Below the pieces are notes generated by a model. That model saw nothing but the letters and a program-made list of their open reading frames with translations. It was not told where the DNA came from and ran no database searches. A stretch of DNA of 63,073 bases, filler included, from Diploschistes diacapsis (Eukaryota): assembly GCA_023645945.1 (NCBI GenBank). It is 24 parts of 24 records of this genome, joined end to end, with 100 filler letters (N's around TTAATTAATTAA, not from the genome) between each part and the next. Parts side by side here need not be neighbours in the genome. Positions count along the whole stretch, not along the records: positions 25,753 to 26,823 come from JALAIB010004078.1; positions 26,924 to 27,994 come from JALAIB010004079.1; positions 28,095 to 46,709 come from JALAIB010000408.1; 21 more parts are not named here. One strand, 5' to 3'. A program made the translations under genes and the position numbers. Of this stretch, positions 26,315-38,900 are shown one piece after another (the first letter of the stretch is position 1; every line of letters begins with the position of its first letter).

Positions 26315-26594
26315 ACCGCGGTGTTTCGGTAAATTTACGGTAATATTTCGATAAATTTATTATAATATAATATTCGTAGAAATGTTCGTGTTTTAAAATT
26401 TTTAATCGTAATATCCGTGTTCGTGTTTTTATTATAATATAATATCCGTGAAAGTGTCCGTGTTTTAAATATTTTAATCGTAATATCCGTGTCCGTGCTT
26501 TTACTGCAGTGCAGTGTCCGTGGAAGTGTCCGTGCCGAGAAAATTTTCGCGGTAGTGTCCGTGTCAGTGACCGTGGCACGCAACGGCCAGCCTA
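26315..26594 (-). mobile_element. ACACGG-array TIR element end (reverse orientation)
   Basis: A CCGTGT array ending CGGCCAGCCTA. Confidence 0.75.
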
Positions 26595-27424
26595 ACGAAT
26601 ATACTGAACCATCTGAACTAGCGGTGGATTATAGCACCTTAAAGGCCTGTGCTTTAAAAGGTTAGATAAAGGATATTAAATTATTTAAATTAGTTATAAA
26701 TTATAATACCCTAAGGGCCGATGCTTTAGTTAGGAAGTTCTTACGAGTAGAAGTTTTGAAAAAAAATATTAAACTTATACTCGAAACTGAATACGAATTC
26801 CATCTTAAACATAAATTAGTTAANNNNNNNNNNNNNNNNNNNNNNNNNNNNNNNNNNNNNNNNNNNNTTAATTAATTAANNNNNNNNNNNNNNNNNNNNN
26901 NNNNNNNNNNNNNNNNNNNNNNNAAACAATTTCGTGAAATTAAGGATCGTCGTCTCTAGCGTAAACGTCGCATTTGCCGTACCCGAAAGATTCTCAAGCT
27001 CACGGAACATCGTGCGGAAGCGCAAGCGAAATATTTAACAAAAGAACTAGATTTAGAATTATTCGAAACGTACGCGATCGTTTAAAAAAACGTATCTTCG
27101 GAATTTAGTCTAGAATTGTCAGAACTGACCGTAATGTCGCCGATTTAATTAAATTAATCTTTAAGGGATAAAGTTTTTATTTTTTTAAATTAATTGTTAG
27201 TAAGTTTGCGGTATTCTTTTATCTTGTTCTTATAATTACTTAAGTTTTTTAAAAGTTTTTACGTGTTTTATTCTATTGGATATCCCTTTTATTTAACGAG
27301 GAATCCTTTGGAATCATTATTTAAAATTTTTTCGACCTCGTATTCGTTTTCGTTGTCCGGTTCGAAATAAAAGGTTTCTTATAATAATGTTTCTAGATAT
27401 GTTGATTCGAAATATCGTGAATAG

Positions 27425-27994
27425 TTTTGGGCAACGCATGTATTGAAGTCTAGATATCTAGAGGTCTAACTAGAAGGAAGAGTCTATATGCAAGCTCTTA
27501 TACCAATAGGATCCACTAAGCCCTATAAACTTACACTACTCCCGATTAGGATTAACAGGAACCCCAGTAGATTCAGCTGAACTGAACCTGAACCTAAAGT
27601 TCAGCTGAACTTCTCAGCCATGCATTCTACCTACCTGCTTAACACTCCCCCACGGGCGGAACCATCGACATGTTCATTTAATTTAGTTAAATACCTTTTA
27701 TACTAGTTCAAGTTCTTTAATAAATATATCGTGTTTAATGTAATTTAATGGTTTCGTTAATCCGTCGATAATTATTTTATTTATAAGTATATAAATAATA
27801 TTAATACGGCCTCGTTTGATTAGATCTCGTATATAATAATAGATAATATCGATATATTTTAACTTATCGTTGATTTTCGCGTGTTTTATTAGATTCAAAA
27901 AACCAATATTGTTTTTTAATAATTTAATAATAAATAGAAATGGTTTTATAAATTTTAAATATTTAATATCTTTTAAAAACTGTGCGTATCATAC
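27425..27994 (-). mobile_element. Ty1/copia RNase H, PPT and 3' LTR (27425-27644)
   Basis: ORF 27698-27898 KYIDIIYYYIRD..IIDGLTKPL; PPT TGGGGGAG immediately before TGTT. Confidence 0.85.
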
Positions 27995-28224
27995 NNNNNN
28001 NNNNNNNNNNNNNNNNNNNNNNNNNNNNNNNNNNNNNNTTAATTAATTAANNNNNNNNNNNNNNNNNNNNNNNNNNNNNNNNNNNNNNNNNNNNCCCTTC
28101 CTCTCTCCTCTTCCTTTCCGCTCTTCCCTTCCTTCCCTCTTTTCCCCTCCTTTCGTTTCCTCTCTCCGCTCCTCTGCTCTATCTTCCACCCTCCCCTCCC
28201 CCCATCGTTCTCCTCTTGAACTTG

Positions 28225-28860
28225 TACTAACATTATTAATAGTGGAAGGCCTCAGAGCCATTACCGATGCCTTCGGGCTTGGATATCATCATAGGCTTAA
28301 AGGCAGGTTGCTCCCATGATGACAATAACACATCTCTGAATATATTTATGATGAACCCGTGGTAACTCCGAGAACCCTGCAATGGTCAGCTTTTGCTGAC
28401 CGCCTTGCTTCTCTTCAGGTCTTTAATCCTCAGAACCATTGCCGATGCCTTCGGGCTTGAAGGATATTCGGGCTTGGATATCATCATGGGCTCAAAGGCA
28501 GGTAAACCCAATGGCGACAATCCCCTTTCTGAATATACTTATGATGGAATTGGTGGTAACGCTGAGGAACCTGTACTGGTCAACTTTTGCTGACCGCCTT
28601 GCTTCTCTTCAGGTATTTAATCCTCAGAATCATTGCCGATGCCTTCGGGCTTGAAGGATATTCGGGCTTGGATATCATCATAGGCTTAAAGGCAGGTAAA
28701 CCCAATGGTGACAATGCCCTTTCTGAATATACTTATGATAGAATTGGTGGTAACGCCGAGGAACCTGTACTGGTCAGCTTTTGCTGACCGCCTTGCTTCT
28801 CTTCAGGTCTTCAATCTTCAGAATCAGTTGAACCAATTAGATCTCGCTCGCAGGTGAGTT
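28225..28860 (+). repeat. 194-bp tandem exon-intron cassettes (~3 units), candidate spliced non-coding snoRNA host
   Basis: Exon-like segments start at 28419, 28613 and 28807 after GCTGAC..TTCAG. Donors at 28307, 28502, 28696 and 28854 (GTGAGT). TACTAAC..TAG at 28225-28242. The repeat is certain; splicing is inferred. Confidence 0.85.
28316..28371 (+). ncRNA. Candidate compact C/D-box snoRNA (related copies 28511-28565, 28705-28759)
   Basis: ATGATGA-13nt-CTGA-8nt-ATGATGA-13nt-CCGA inside a predicted intron. Confidence 0.4.
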
Positions 28861-29820
28861 AGAAAGCAGCTGAAGTGCTGCTGAGTACCTTGTTCTCGAC
28901 GCTCTGACTGCCGTCGAGGTACATAGAGGAAGATATATTGAGCTTGGAGGGGGGCATATAGAAGTGATTAGGACTTACCATATTGTATATAGACTTGAAT
29001 GAAAAGCTTTTGGTGGTGCTATATATATAACCAAGCGCTGAAAATTTCTCATTAGGGTTTCAACATTACCAAGATTAAAAACTCCGCTTAAATCCAGCGG
29101 TTTCAGCCAATCAATCGCTAGTACATGACTTTCTCTTTCTCGAGCATTCTTAGCCCAATCTACCAAACTCGTGCGCGACCCGCGATGCTTCAAAACATTC
29201 GTCGCGTTTTGGATTCATCACTTTTATCTACTACTGTTGCTGTCGCTGCTGCTTTGATGGCTTCCGAAGTGCTGCTATAAATGCTTCAGAAAGTTGTTAC
29301 TTCTCCTAGTGCTACTACCCCTACTGCTGCTACTGCTGCGGATTTTAGTTATTGTTAAAAGTAGGTGGACAAGGTGCGTAGGTGTCCAATGGTAGCGGCT
29401 AAGATATATTCTGAGTTAATCCTAACTAGGAAATTTATTCCTAGCCTGCCCAGCTGATTATTGCTCAGTTGATGCTATTGTTGCCATTATTTGAAGACGA
29501 CTTGCTCGCAGACCTTTTCATTGGAAGTCGGGGGTTCGACTCCCACTACTGCCACCACCTTTTCTTTACTCCAGGCTTAACAACCTAGCCTAATCCTAAA
29601 GCGGCTAAATCCCGTTTCAACACCTGACAACTCGACAGACATGATTTTCAGCTACGGTTGCAAAAGTTGGGAGGAAACAATGGCTTGTATGAAATGTCAT
29701 TTGGGATGGTTTTCTTCCATAGCCCAGGGGAGTTTTTACGGCAAATTATTGTGTATCAAGATCATTAGGGTAGTCAAGCTTCAGCTGGCAATGCAACACA
29801 TTATAACCACTATTCTGGTA

Positions 29821-31239
29821 TTAACCTGCGGCCTCCTTTTTCTCCGCCCTCCTCTCCTCCACTGGGTGCGTATGTAAGCTCTCGTACCACTGCACCAAGC
29901 TCCCCATCAAAAAAGCCCAACTACCCCAGAACGTAGCCAAGCTCGCCTCGAATTGTGCTCCGCTGTTTCCGTACGCCGGACCCAATGCGCCGCACAGCGT
30001 AAAGCCAAACGCTCCGATCAAGTTCCACAAGCCTATCTGCCACCCTAGCACTTTGGGCACGGGGATATACCACTTTGGCTGCGTCTCCAGCATGAACAGC
30101 ACCCCGGACACGATGAAGCCGGTTCCGCCGACGATTTGCGGGACCCAATATGCGCCGTTCAGGTCGGCTTGGTTTGTAGCGAGGATGGCGTTTATCTGCG
30201 GAATGGCGGTGAAGCCAGAGATCCAGAAGACAGAGGCACCGAACATTTGCGCGCAGCAGGCGAGGAAGCCAAGCTCGAAGATGTAGTGGGTTGTCAGGTC
30301 ATGCCAGGACGGGAACCACTGCCAGGACTTGGCAGATTCGGTAGACGAAGAAGCTGTATATGAGGAGGGCGAGGCGGTATCGTTGTCTGGACGCCCCGAG
30401 TCGGACTCGTCTATGCCTGTTCCCATCCTCTTTTCGCTCTTCACATCATTCGTGGGCCCAGTCTCCCTCTTCCCAACGAAATTACCCTTGTTTGTATGAT
30501 GGTGGGCGCACCCTTTATTCGGCCTGATCTTCCATCCTCCAATCTCTTTCTCTTCATCCCCGCTCTCTAGGGCCCGTTCCAGGGCCCACCCGAAGCACCC
30601 CGCCTGATTCTCGTTCACGGCCTCGAGCATCAGGAGCACGCTTCCTACCTCAAACACCGTCGCGCCAACAAATGCGGTCCACCCTCCTGCTACAGTGATC
30701 TCGTTAGTGAACTGCGTAGAAGGCTGCACTAGGGGCAGCCACACGAAGAAGGCGTTTAGCACCCATATTACAGAGCCGAGGGTGAAGGTGATAGCCACGA
30801 GATAGGAGACGTTCCAGACGGGGTACCAGGTGGCCATGCGCCATATACCGTGGAGGATTGCCCGTGGAGTCGAAGATGAGGGAGGCGTTAGGTACTGAGT
30901 GGTTGATGCGGAGTCGGCAAGGGTGACGACGAGTTTGTGCCGCCCTTTGCGGTTGTCGCGGGAGCGCCATTCGAATTGAATCGAGGTAGCCGCAACTCCA
31001 TCCATCTCTTGGCTCGGTTCTGGCCGCGTATGTTCTTCTTCCTCATGTGCTTGCGGCGACTTGCCTGGACTCTGTTCCATGGCGTAATGGTCAAGGAGGG
31101 AATGCGTAGGATCGAGGCGGGCGCATGTGGGGTTGAGGAAGGAGAAGGGGCCGCGAACATGATCTTTGTCAAGAGCGAAAGAGGGATCGGATCGTAGTGG
31201 CTCGCGGGCTGGAAGATAGAAGGTCGTATTGCGTTGCAT
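29821..31239 (-). CDS. Fungal integral membrane protein, intronless
   Basis: 472-aa ORF with a WRSRDNRKGRH motif and about six hydrophobic segments in two blocks separated by a hydrophilic loop. The start may be MEQSP (31080). Confidence 0.85.
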   Translation of the reverse strand: MQRNTTFYLPAREPLRSDPSFALDKDHVRGPFSFLNPTCARLDPTHSLLDHYAMEQSPGKSPQAHEEEEHTRPEPSQEMDGVAATSIQFEWRSRDNRKGRHKLVVTLADSASTTQYLTPPSSSTPRAILHGIWRMATWYPVWNVSYLVAITFTLGSVIWVLNAFFVWLPLVQPSTQFTNEITVAGGWTAFVGATVFEVGSVLLMLEAVNENQAGCFGWALERALESGDEEKEIGGWKIRPNKGCAHHHTNKGNFVGKRETGPTNDVKSEKRMGTGIDESDSGRPDNDTASPSSYTASSSTESAKSWQWFPSWHDLTTHYIFELGFLACCAQMFGASVFWISGFTAIPQINAILATNQADLNGAYWVPQIVGGTGFIVSGVLFMLETQPKWYIPVPKVLGWQIGLWNLIGAFGFTLCGALGPAYGNSGAQFEASLATFWGSWAFLMGSLVQWYESLHTHPVEERRAEKKEAAG

Positions 31240-32299
31240 TGTAGAATGGGGCCACCTCTCTCGGCTTGACGAGTAATAGGATGCTAACGATACATTCGAT
31301 AGAAGGAATAAGGAAGAAGTTATGATAAATAGATACAGAAGCTATGAGAAGAGCGCTCAAAAGTAAAGTCATGCAGCGATATTATTAAAGGGGTGAATCC
31401 GCAATGCGTTGCACAGCAAGCTCTGATTTGTATGATATAATACGAAAGCTCTCGTTTAAAATCACATCTAAATGCGGCACTGGACATAATACTAATGTGA
31501 TAGAAATTACGTTAAATTGAGATTGGGGACGATTTCATCCTCATAAAACAGTTATTACTAAATCATTTGTTTTCGGATAGCAAATCGCGTTCTTTAAACT
31601 CATCTTCACATTTTCTAATTACGATAATGTCAAATATCAGTATCAGTAGGTAACATTTTCTTAACATTTTCTTAACCTTTACGACTATTATCAAAATGCT
31701 ACTCCAAATGCGCTATCTTTCGCCAACGAGTATATCTCGAATGCGAATGCAATCGTATACAATGCTTGCTTTACTGTTCAGTTCATGCTGGTAGAAAATA
31801 CACCGTAGGCCTGCCTCTCTGGCATCTCGATCTCGATTGGAATCGCAGGTTCTTTTTAGCTGGCATGAAGCATCCCCGGAGCTTTTCATACACCTGTTAT
31901 TGATGCCTAGCTGGAAGTATCTACCCAAGTTCATCTCATCATGATTAGCTCCAACACAAGAGATTTGCTGCCCAAGCACCGAAATTCTTCTGTTTGCTCT
32001 CCTCATGGTGGGTGCTGGTGCTTTTCCTGGCCTGTTAGCCTGCTCATCTATATTGAGTTTTCTTCGCGGCTGAATTTCCTGTTCGGTTTGGGGTACGACT
32101 TCACACTATCTTAGCCCAAGAGCTTCTGTCTCATCTCTTTGGCCTTCATACTCACCACCTGCTCTGTCCAGCTCCCTTTGCAGCCAAATCCTTCTCAAGT
32201 AAAATGGCAAGTAAGATTCCCAAGGCCTTAATGAGGAACAGTTGATATATAACGATGACTTGCAACCGGTGGATGCGGGTGCGGGTTATCAGGGTACGG

Positions 32300-32925
32300 A
32301 AATCGTGTTTTCAGGCGCCATCGTCGAGCGAGAATGAAGTGTATGTCTTGGAGATTTCTACTCCTGAACGAAGACAAAGTTCGGTTCATACAAACCTTCA
32401 ATCATCCCTTGCTTATTCGGATCAAGACTTCGTTACCATCCCTAGGTACCTGAACTCCGCCGCAACGCTTGGGTTTGCCCAATTTTCTGCCGAGAGAGCA
32501 GCAAAGATATTTGGTATCGGAGAGTCATTATCGGAAGACGAATCCGACTCGGCAGGAGATATCCTGCAACTAGCGTTTGACAGGCTGGACGGCAAAGGGT
32601 TGATGCTGGCACGCAAGAGGACGACTAGCGAGGCACTGTGGTCCAACAAGGAGCCACGGAGAGCGTGATCGATGCAATTCTTGATGGGGATTGTGTTGAT
32701 GTACGGCTAATTTAGACGGCGCATGAGTGGGTGAAAGAGTCTTTGGAGGCGAAATAGGAGCATCTGTTGGCAGGTCAAGAAGCAAGCAAGCGGACAGTGC
32801 AGCGTCAGGCTTTCCACACAGCTGAGGCGTCTGCTACTGTTTCTGATGCTGTTTCAAGAATAACAGTTTCCACAGAGCGCGGACGCGATACTCTGACATC
32901 AAACTTAGCTCGGCCATACCTCTAA
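32300..32925 (+). pseudogene. Pseudogene of an uncharacterised fungal protein family
   Basis: VTIPRYLNSAATLGFAQFSAERAAKIF..DILQLA, a frameshift near 32590, then VDAGTQEDD*RG..IDAILDGDCVDVRLI*TAHEWVKESLEAK*EHLL. It resembles a recalled hypothetical family (EDDW..DAI..DIRLT..WV); unverified. Confidence 0.45.
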
Positions 32926-35900
32926 TGGCCATGCTCGGATGTTTCTTACGATAAAATGTTAGTCCGATTCCTGAGAAAATCCTGTGTGCTGTCCCGAGCT
33001 TCTGGCAACGACTCCTGCATAACCCAGTGCATTCTGGGAGATGAGTCAGGAACGGAGCTTCAGGCGGCCATAGAGGCAAACCCTGAGCGTACGGTCTCCT
33101 TCCATGATCCGCGACGACCTCATCGCGAGACTGACGCATAAGCAGGATCTTCTGCTTGACTTACCACCGCTCCACCGTATATATCTAGTCAAGGCGCTCC
33201 CAAGATACTCGCATTCACTCCCTCATGTTTCCTCTCCTGGCCATGGAGTACTCTCAAACACATTAGCCAGTTCCTGAACTTATAAACGCCAACGCCCTCT
33301 CGAAGGGTCAGCCTAATATTGGGCCTCTTCCCGAGACGATCATGCTTATGGAGCTAACGAAATAGATCTAGTTCTGCTGGTTGAAGCATCCCCGGATTTT
33401 ACTGGAAGGGATGATTCTGGGGGCAATCGTGAATAATGTGAAGTAGATTTGAATGGCATCTGGGGTAGAAGTAACGGGTGGCTTCGAAAGCGACGATGAT
33501 GTTCCATGTCGAGATAACGCTGGACGCTGAAACCGAGAAAGTGGTACATTTCTTTGTCTTAAGCCAAATCAGACTAACCCGCGAACAGCATTCTGATATT
33601 GAGGTAATGAGGATGCAGGCGCCTTACGTAGACTAATTGGTAAGGAAATACATAGTCAATGTACGCACGGCGTGGTGCACGACGAACTTCACCCCAACTT
33701 TCGGGCCTTGCAGTGCTCTATACTACTAGCCATGTGCCTGCCAGGAAATCAAAGCGGCCGCCATCTCTATTACGGCGGGCCTTCATTCTCATTATCTCAG
33801 TATGGGTATCTACTTCAATGAGGATTCCACGGGACGAGTCACGTACGGCCGTCACTCAAGAGAGGCTATTCATGATGAAGGCCAGATAAGCCTCGCAAGA
33901 ATGGGCTCGTTTATATCCGAGCAGTTGTTCATACGAGTTGTATAGTTTCTGTTCCCTTGTCCTAGCCAAGGCATCGTTCAGAGGGTGAGATACCGTGAAA
34001 AGATTGCTCATCTGGCGTTACACGTCCAAGGTCATGGGAACTTGGCCGAGTCCAGCCAGTCTCCAAAGCGCCTTTGACCGTCGATGGTTCTTCCTGTCCA
34101 GCAGGAGCTCAGAAAGCAGCTTCATAAGTCAGAAGAACGATCCGTGAGACTTACACCAAAGTGCCTTATGAGCCTAGTTACCTGAGACCCAATAATGGCA
34201 CAGCGCTGCTTGCGGATTGTGGTCGCTTATATGGGGTATCCTGACTTGAGATGATTCGCGGACAAGGTGGCTTTGATGGCCTTGATCGCGAGATCTCCCC
34301 TCCACAAAACGCTGGCCTTGAACAAGAGAGCTCCAGGGATGTGTGTATACTTTGACAGCGGATGATCAAGAGGCGTCAGCTCTTACGACGCTACTGCACG
34401 CTGCATGCATTGACTTGGCGGAACGAAAAAAGTTGGGCTGGACTTCTATGAAGATGGGAGCCTGGTGATGTTATTGATAGTCATTCACCCCTTCATTTTC
34501 ACTTTTCTTTTTGCCCTGAGCATGTTCACTCTCGTCGTTAGTCCTCACTCTGCACAGCGTTTCCCTTCATCCACGCACATTCTGTTAGGGGGCGCAGCTC
34601 CGTTGGCATAACGTTCCCTTGGGATTTTGTTATTGTGCGCGCTCTAAATAGCCTGAACTTAAATGGTGAGGACAGCAAGCGCTTTTTGAATTTGCATGAC
34701 GTCGTAGCAGCTTCAGGCTTCATTACTTACTCACAATGTCCGTGGGAAATGTAGATTGAAGCTGCCACGGCTCACGAACATAAACAAAAAGCGCTTGCTT
34801 CTTCGTTACAAGATGTGTGGCGCTGCCTCTTGTTTCGATCCTTTCTATTCCATGACAATGTTCCTCCCTGCCCTTGTCCGATCCTGCGTGAGGAAGCAGG
34901 CATGGAACGTTGCAACTTTCCCTTGTAGTTTCATACGATTGCTGTGCTTGTTGGTCATTCCTTTCCCTTGACGCTTCTTGTTTCCTTGCCGTATATGCTT
35001 GTGTGCCCATAAGTGCTTTCCACAAAAGTTGGGGTCTGGGTGCCGGGGCTCGACACACTCTTCATCATTACCTCACAGGGAAGTACGGTGACAACAAGGC
35101 ATCAATTTGAGTGGTATGCTGGAATGCCCGCCTGGATCAAGTACACAAGTTTAAGAGACACGGGAAAATTATGGTCCCGTGCAGTGTGCTTCCCTGAACG
35201 GCAACTATGTTCGAGAGCGGCATGTTATCTTCGCCAGCGCTAGATGCAGGCATGTACCTTACAACTAGGAATCCATGACTTGGGAGTTTAAGGTGCCTCT
35301 TGAGGCTGAAAGGCTTGGCGTCGGGCACTCTAAGTAACAACGTACTGTTTGAGCTTGCTCGGGCTCGGAAGAAGCAAACAATGGGTGGTACTGGAACCAG
35401 ACCGATCGCGTTATAACGCCCACCGATATCTCTATATGGCCCGACGTAACGAAGCAGCCGTCAGGAATGATACTTGCTGTTATTAGGTATCGGCCAGTCA
35501 ATCCTTCAGGTAAAAGGAAAAGCTCTTGAATGTGGAGATTGTGCTCGGACGTGGTATTGATTGATGCGGCCGTGTTCAATCTTTGACATATCAGCCTTCA
35601 TGCAATGAATCCTTCGAACACTAGCCCGAATTCAGCATACAACCTACATCTTGCCGCCATGAGCATGTTGCAAGAGCCTAGTGAAGTGTTCTAGGCCGCT
35701 GCACGATCGACACACGATGTATCGGCATGCAAAGTACATCATGCCATGACCACGAAAAGTGGTGGAGAAAAAGCCACGGGTGTTCTGCTACCGTGACTGA
35801 CCAGTGACCACCACCTCAAGGACAGGGACCTTGTGTACAAAGTCCACGCCTTGAAGCGAGGTACAATTTGAGCAGGCTAAAGCGGGGCGGATACTAGGCA

Positions 35901-38900
35901 CCACAAGCGGTTAGTCGCACTTCAGCCTCAGGCCGGTCCAGATCAGCAGCCCTATGATCTATGATCTTGCTCCGTATGCAACTCAGGGCGGGCGTGTTGA
36001 AAAGCCATCTTCATCGGAACGCAGATACTGTGCAACGTACCATCTCCGACAGGTGAGAAAGCGCGAGCTGTTTGGCAAGCTTGCTTGCCAACGCGGAGAG
36101 AGAGAGAGAGTCACCGGGGCAATCGAGGTTACATGGAATGAATGCGGGCGTTCCAGCGCCTGTGGTCAATCCCTTGATCCTTCTGAGGGAAAATGCGAGG
36201 CTTTGTGTCTCGCAAGCTGGAAACACATACGCACCGCTGGGAAACACACACGAGGAAAGCTGCGAGTGCATGGAGACGCAGAACAAGAGCCGAGAAGCCT
36301 CCACGGCGTATCCGACACAGGCATCTACTAACTTGCATATTACCGCTTCTCAAAGACGCCCGGTCTCGGTCTCGAGAACAAGAACAGTACGCTTGCAGCG
36401 AGAGTAAGGTCGGGAAGAATACTTCTGGAAAGCTCTTGTTACGGGCATGTGGCTGAAGTAACGGGTCGACGGCGTTGAAGCTTTCTCTTGGTGATACAGT
36501 CCTGCTCGATTGATTGATTAATCAACTTCTTTCAGCCCCTGAAGGTGTCCGACATATTATTGCCGAAGACAGCAGGCGGACGCTGTAACGGGAAGCGTTA
36601 TGGATAGTAGCTGAAATCTGTGGCGCCAGCTTGCGGGTTGCACGATCATTATGCAGCGCTACGGTGTTCGAAATTGAAGGCGTAGAGATACAGAGTAGTA
36701 CAGCGTTCAGCCATATTGAAACGCTAGCTCGCGTCAATTTCTTCCTATGGAGATGAGGGCTAAACAGGAGACTATTATACCAGGATAGCCGGAATGAGCG
36801 ATTATAAACATGGGTGGACATTTGTACAAGCAAGTCCTCGCCCCAGATAGACATAAAATCGAACTCTGTTTTGCGTAAGCGCTAACGTTTTTTAGAGGTC
36901 TGAGCATGGAAACCATCCGTATGAGGGGCGACTCTGTATAGACTTTAGTTAAGACGCTTCTGGCCCCATTGAGGTAGCAAGTATTGATCAAGTTTATGCA
37001 CTAATGATTGCTATCACATATCAAATTTCGCTTAAAGCTTGGTAAACGGCCGCTACCGTCTCGATAAGCACGGAGGAAAGTTGGCCAGACTAGACTAACG
37101 ATCATTGTGACAGCTGGGTTTGCGCAAGATCCCCATTGTCACGGGACTCTATGGGGCGTTGGTTTCAACAGCTGCTTTTGTCGCTCCATTTCCAGAAGCT
37201 GTCTGGAACTCACTCGAGCTCGTTGCCCCCTTGTGATTGGGTGCGGGCGGATAAACTACAGTCACCTGTCGTGGTCGAGTATTAGCGGACGAGCAACAGT
37301 GGGTCTCCACTCACTGCAGTAAAAAGCTATACTAAATTATAAGTGCTAAAGATGTAATATCCCGAAGTGCAAATTGTCGTTCAATGGGCCACACTGCATG
37401 AAGTTGGCTATTGAATCGAGGGAAAGAAGGAATGTAATGTCCTAGTATCCATCCCATAACAGGCTACCCGAAGTACTATGGACTGGCATGATTACCCGAG
37501 TTGGTTGGAATGTTTTGTTCCGAGTATGTGAACAAAGAAGCTTTTTAGGAGGTTGATAATCAATAGAGCGGGAGAGAGAGAATCCACCACGTTTCCTTGC
37601 CTCTTCCAAATCACGATGTGGGTAATGGGGTAATGGGTATGAAACCATGGCTGCATGGCGGAGTAACTCCCGTGTTACTATTACAGCCTATGCGTAATCT
37701 CTAGGCGACTGCAATCTTTGCTCTTTGCCTCTGTTGTCCGGAGTTAGTTGGTTTCCTGGAACCAAGTAAACTTTTTTTGAAAAAACAGGGGGCCAGGACC
37801 AGTAGACCTATCTGACAGGACGGGAGTTGGGTTGCTTAGTAGGTGCTGTCGGTTGCGTACGATATTGTGTCGTGGCACAAACCACCGATTATTGAGGGTT
37901 GATCATTATCTAATCTCGTATCGTCTTGTGACTGGGAAAGAAAAAAACATAAAAGAAAAAATATTTCGTCGTCATGATACGCGCAGCTGAAAACCTTTTA
38001 TGTGCTGCCGACCGCACACCCCACTTCCCAACGATTGGCGCCCTGTCAAGTCTTGGGAACGCAGGCAGCCAATCAAATGTGTAGATCTCGGGTACAAGTG
38101 GCAGCACTGGGGAAGAAGCACAAAGAGGCAGAAAGAAGAGGCAGATAGACGATGATGAGCGGGCTGCATGTCTGAAAGGATTTTCATTTGTCGGGCGCCT
38201 CTTCTGATCAGATGGTGCGCGCACTCTGTCTCTCTCTCTTGGCCCTTCACCCCCGGGGCGCTTGCTTGGTATGTTGTGGCTGCTGCTGCTTCCTCAGCAC
38301 CCCCGGTCAGCCCCTTAATCTTCTCTCCTCGCACTGCAAGATTTCCGCTCGCAGGGCGCTAGTGCAACGCAGTCACCTTTTGGCCGTTCCAAAATCTTAC
38401 CACCCATCCTCCTTGACAATAACTCACACACCCATACGCATTCGGCTGGGCTATGCTCCTAGGATTGAAAAGCTAAAGGGGCCAACCAAACCCGACGGTT
38501 CCGGACAACTAAGCCATAAGAAAGACGGCAGGCTGGGCCATGCAACGGTAACGAGCAAAGGAATTCGTTTTAGTAACACCACCGTCAGCCTGCTTGCATC
38601 CGTACGACGTATCTGCAATCCGTGACCGGATGTGAGTCTGGCGATCCACCCGGTCAAGCTCCCAAACCAGTTACACTAGGCCGCAACAGCTTAGGCGGCC
38701 TCTCACTCACCTCACACGGAAACGGGCTGCACCAACTAGTACTAGTACGATGCATCTTTATCTGGGCCAATCAAGTAGAGGGACGCCCCGTAGCTCCTAT
38801 CCTTTCGTCCCCTTGAAGCCAACCGAGAGTGAGACCGTCTATACCCACTACTACCCACTACCCACTACCCACTACCTCTACCCTCTACCCTCTACCAACT

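Noticed and set aside
26313..26583. Repetitive peptide ORFs (TDTDITIK..)
   Set aside because: Translation of the ACACGG array.
28393..28787. Two near-identical 66-aa ORFs (MLTALLLFR..) as a tandem peptide family
   Set aside because: They have TTG starts, span branch/acceptor signals, and simply follow the 194-bp repeat period.
33000..37700. Short ORFs in coding-like composition
   Set aside because: No family motifs recognised. They may hold further decayed genes; BLASTX is needed.
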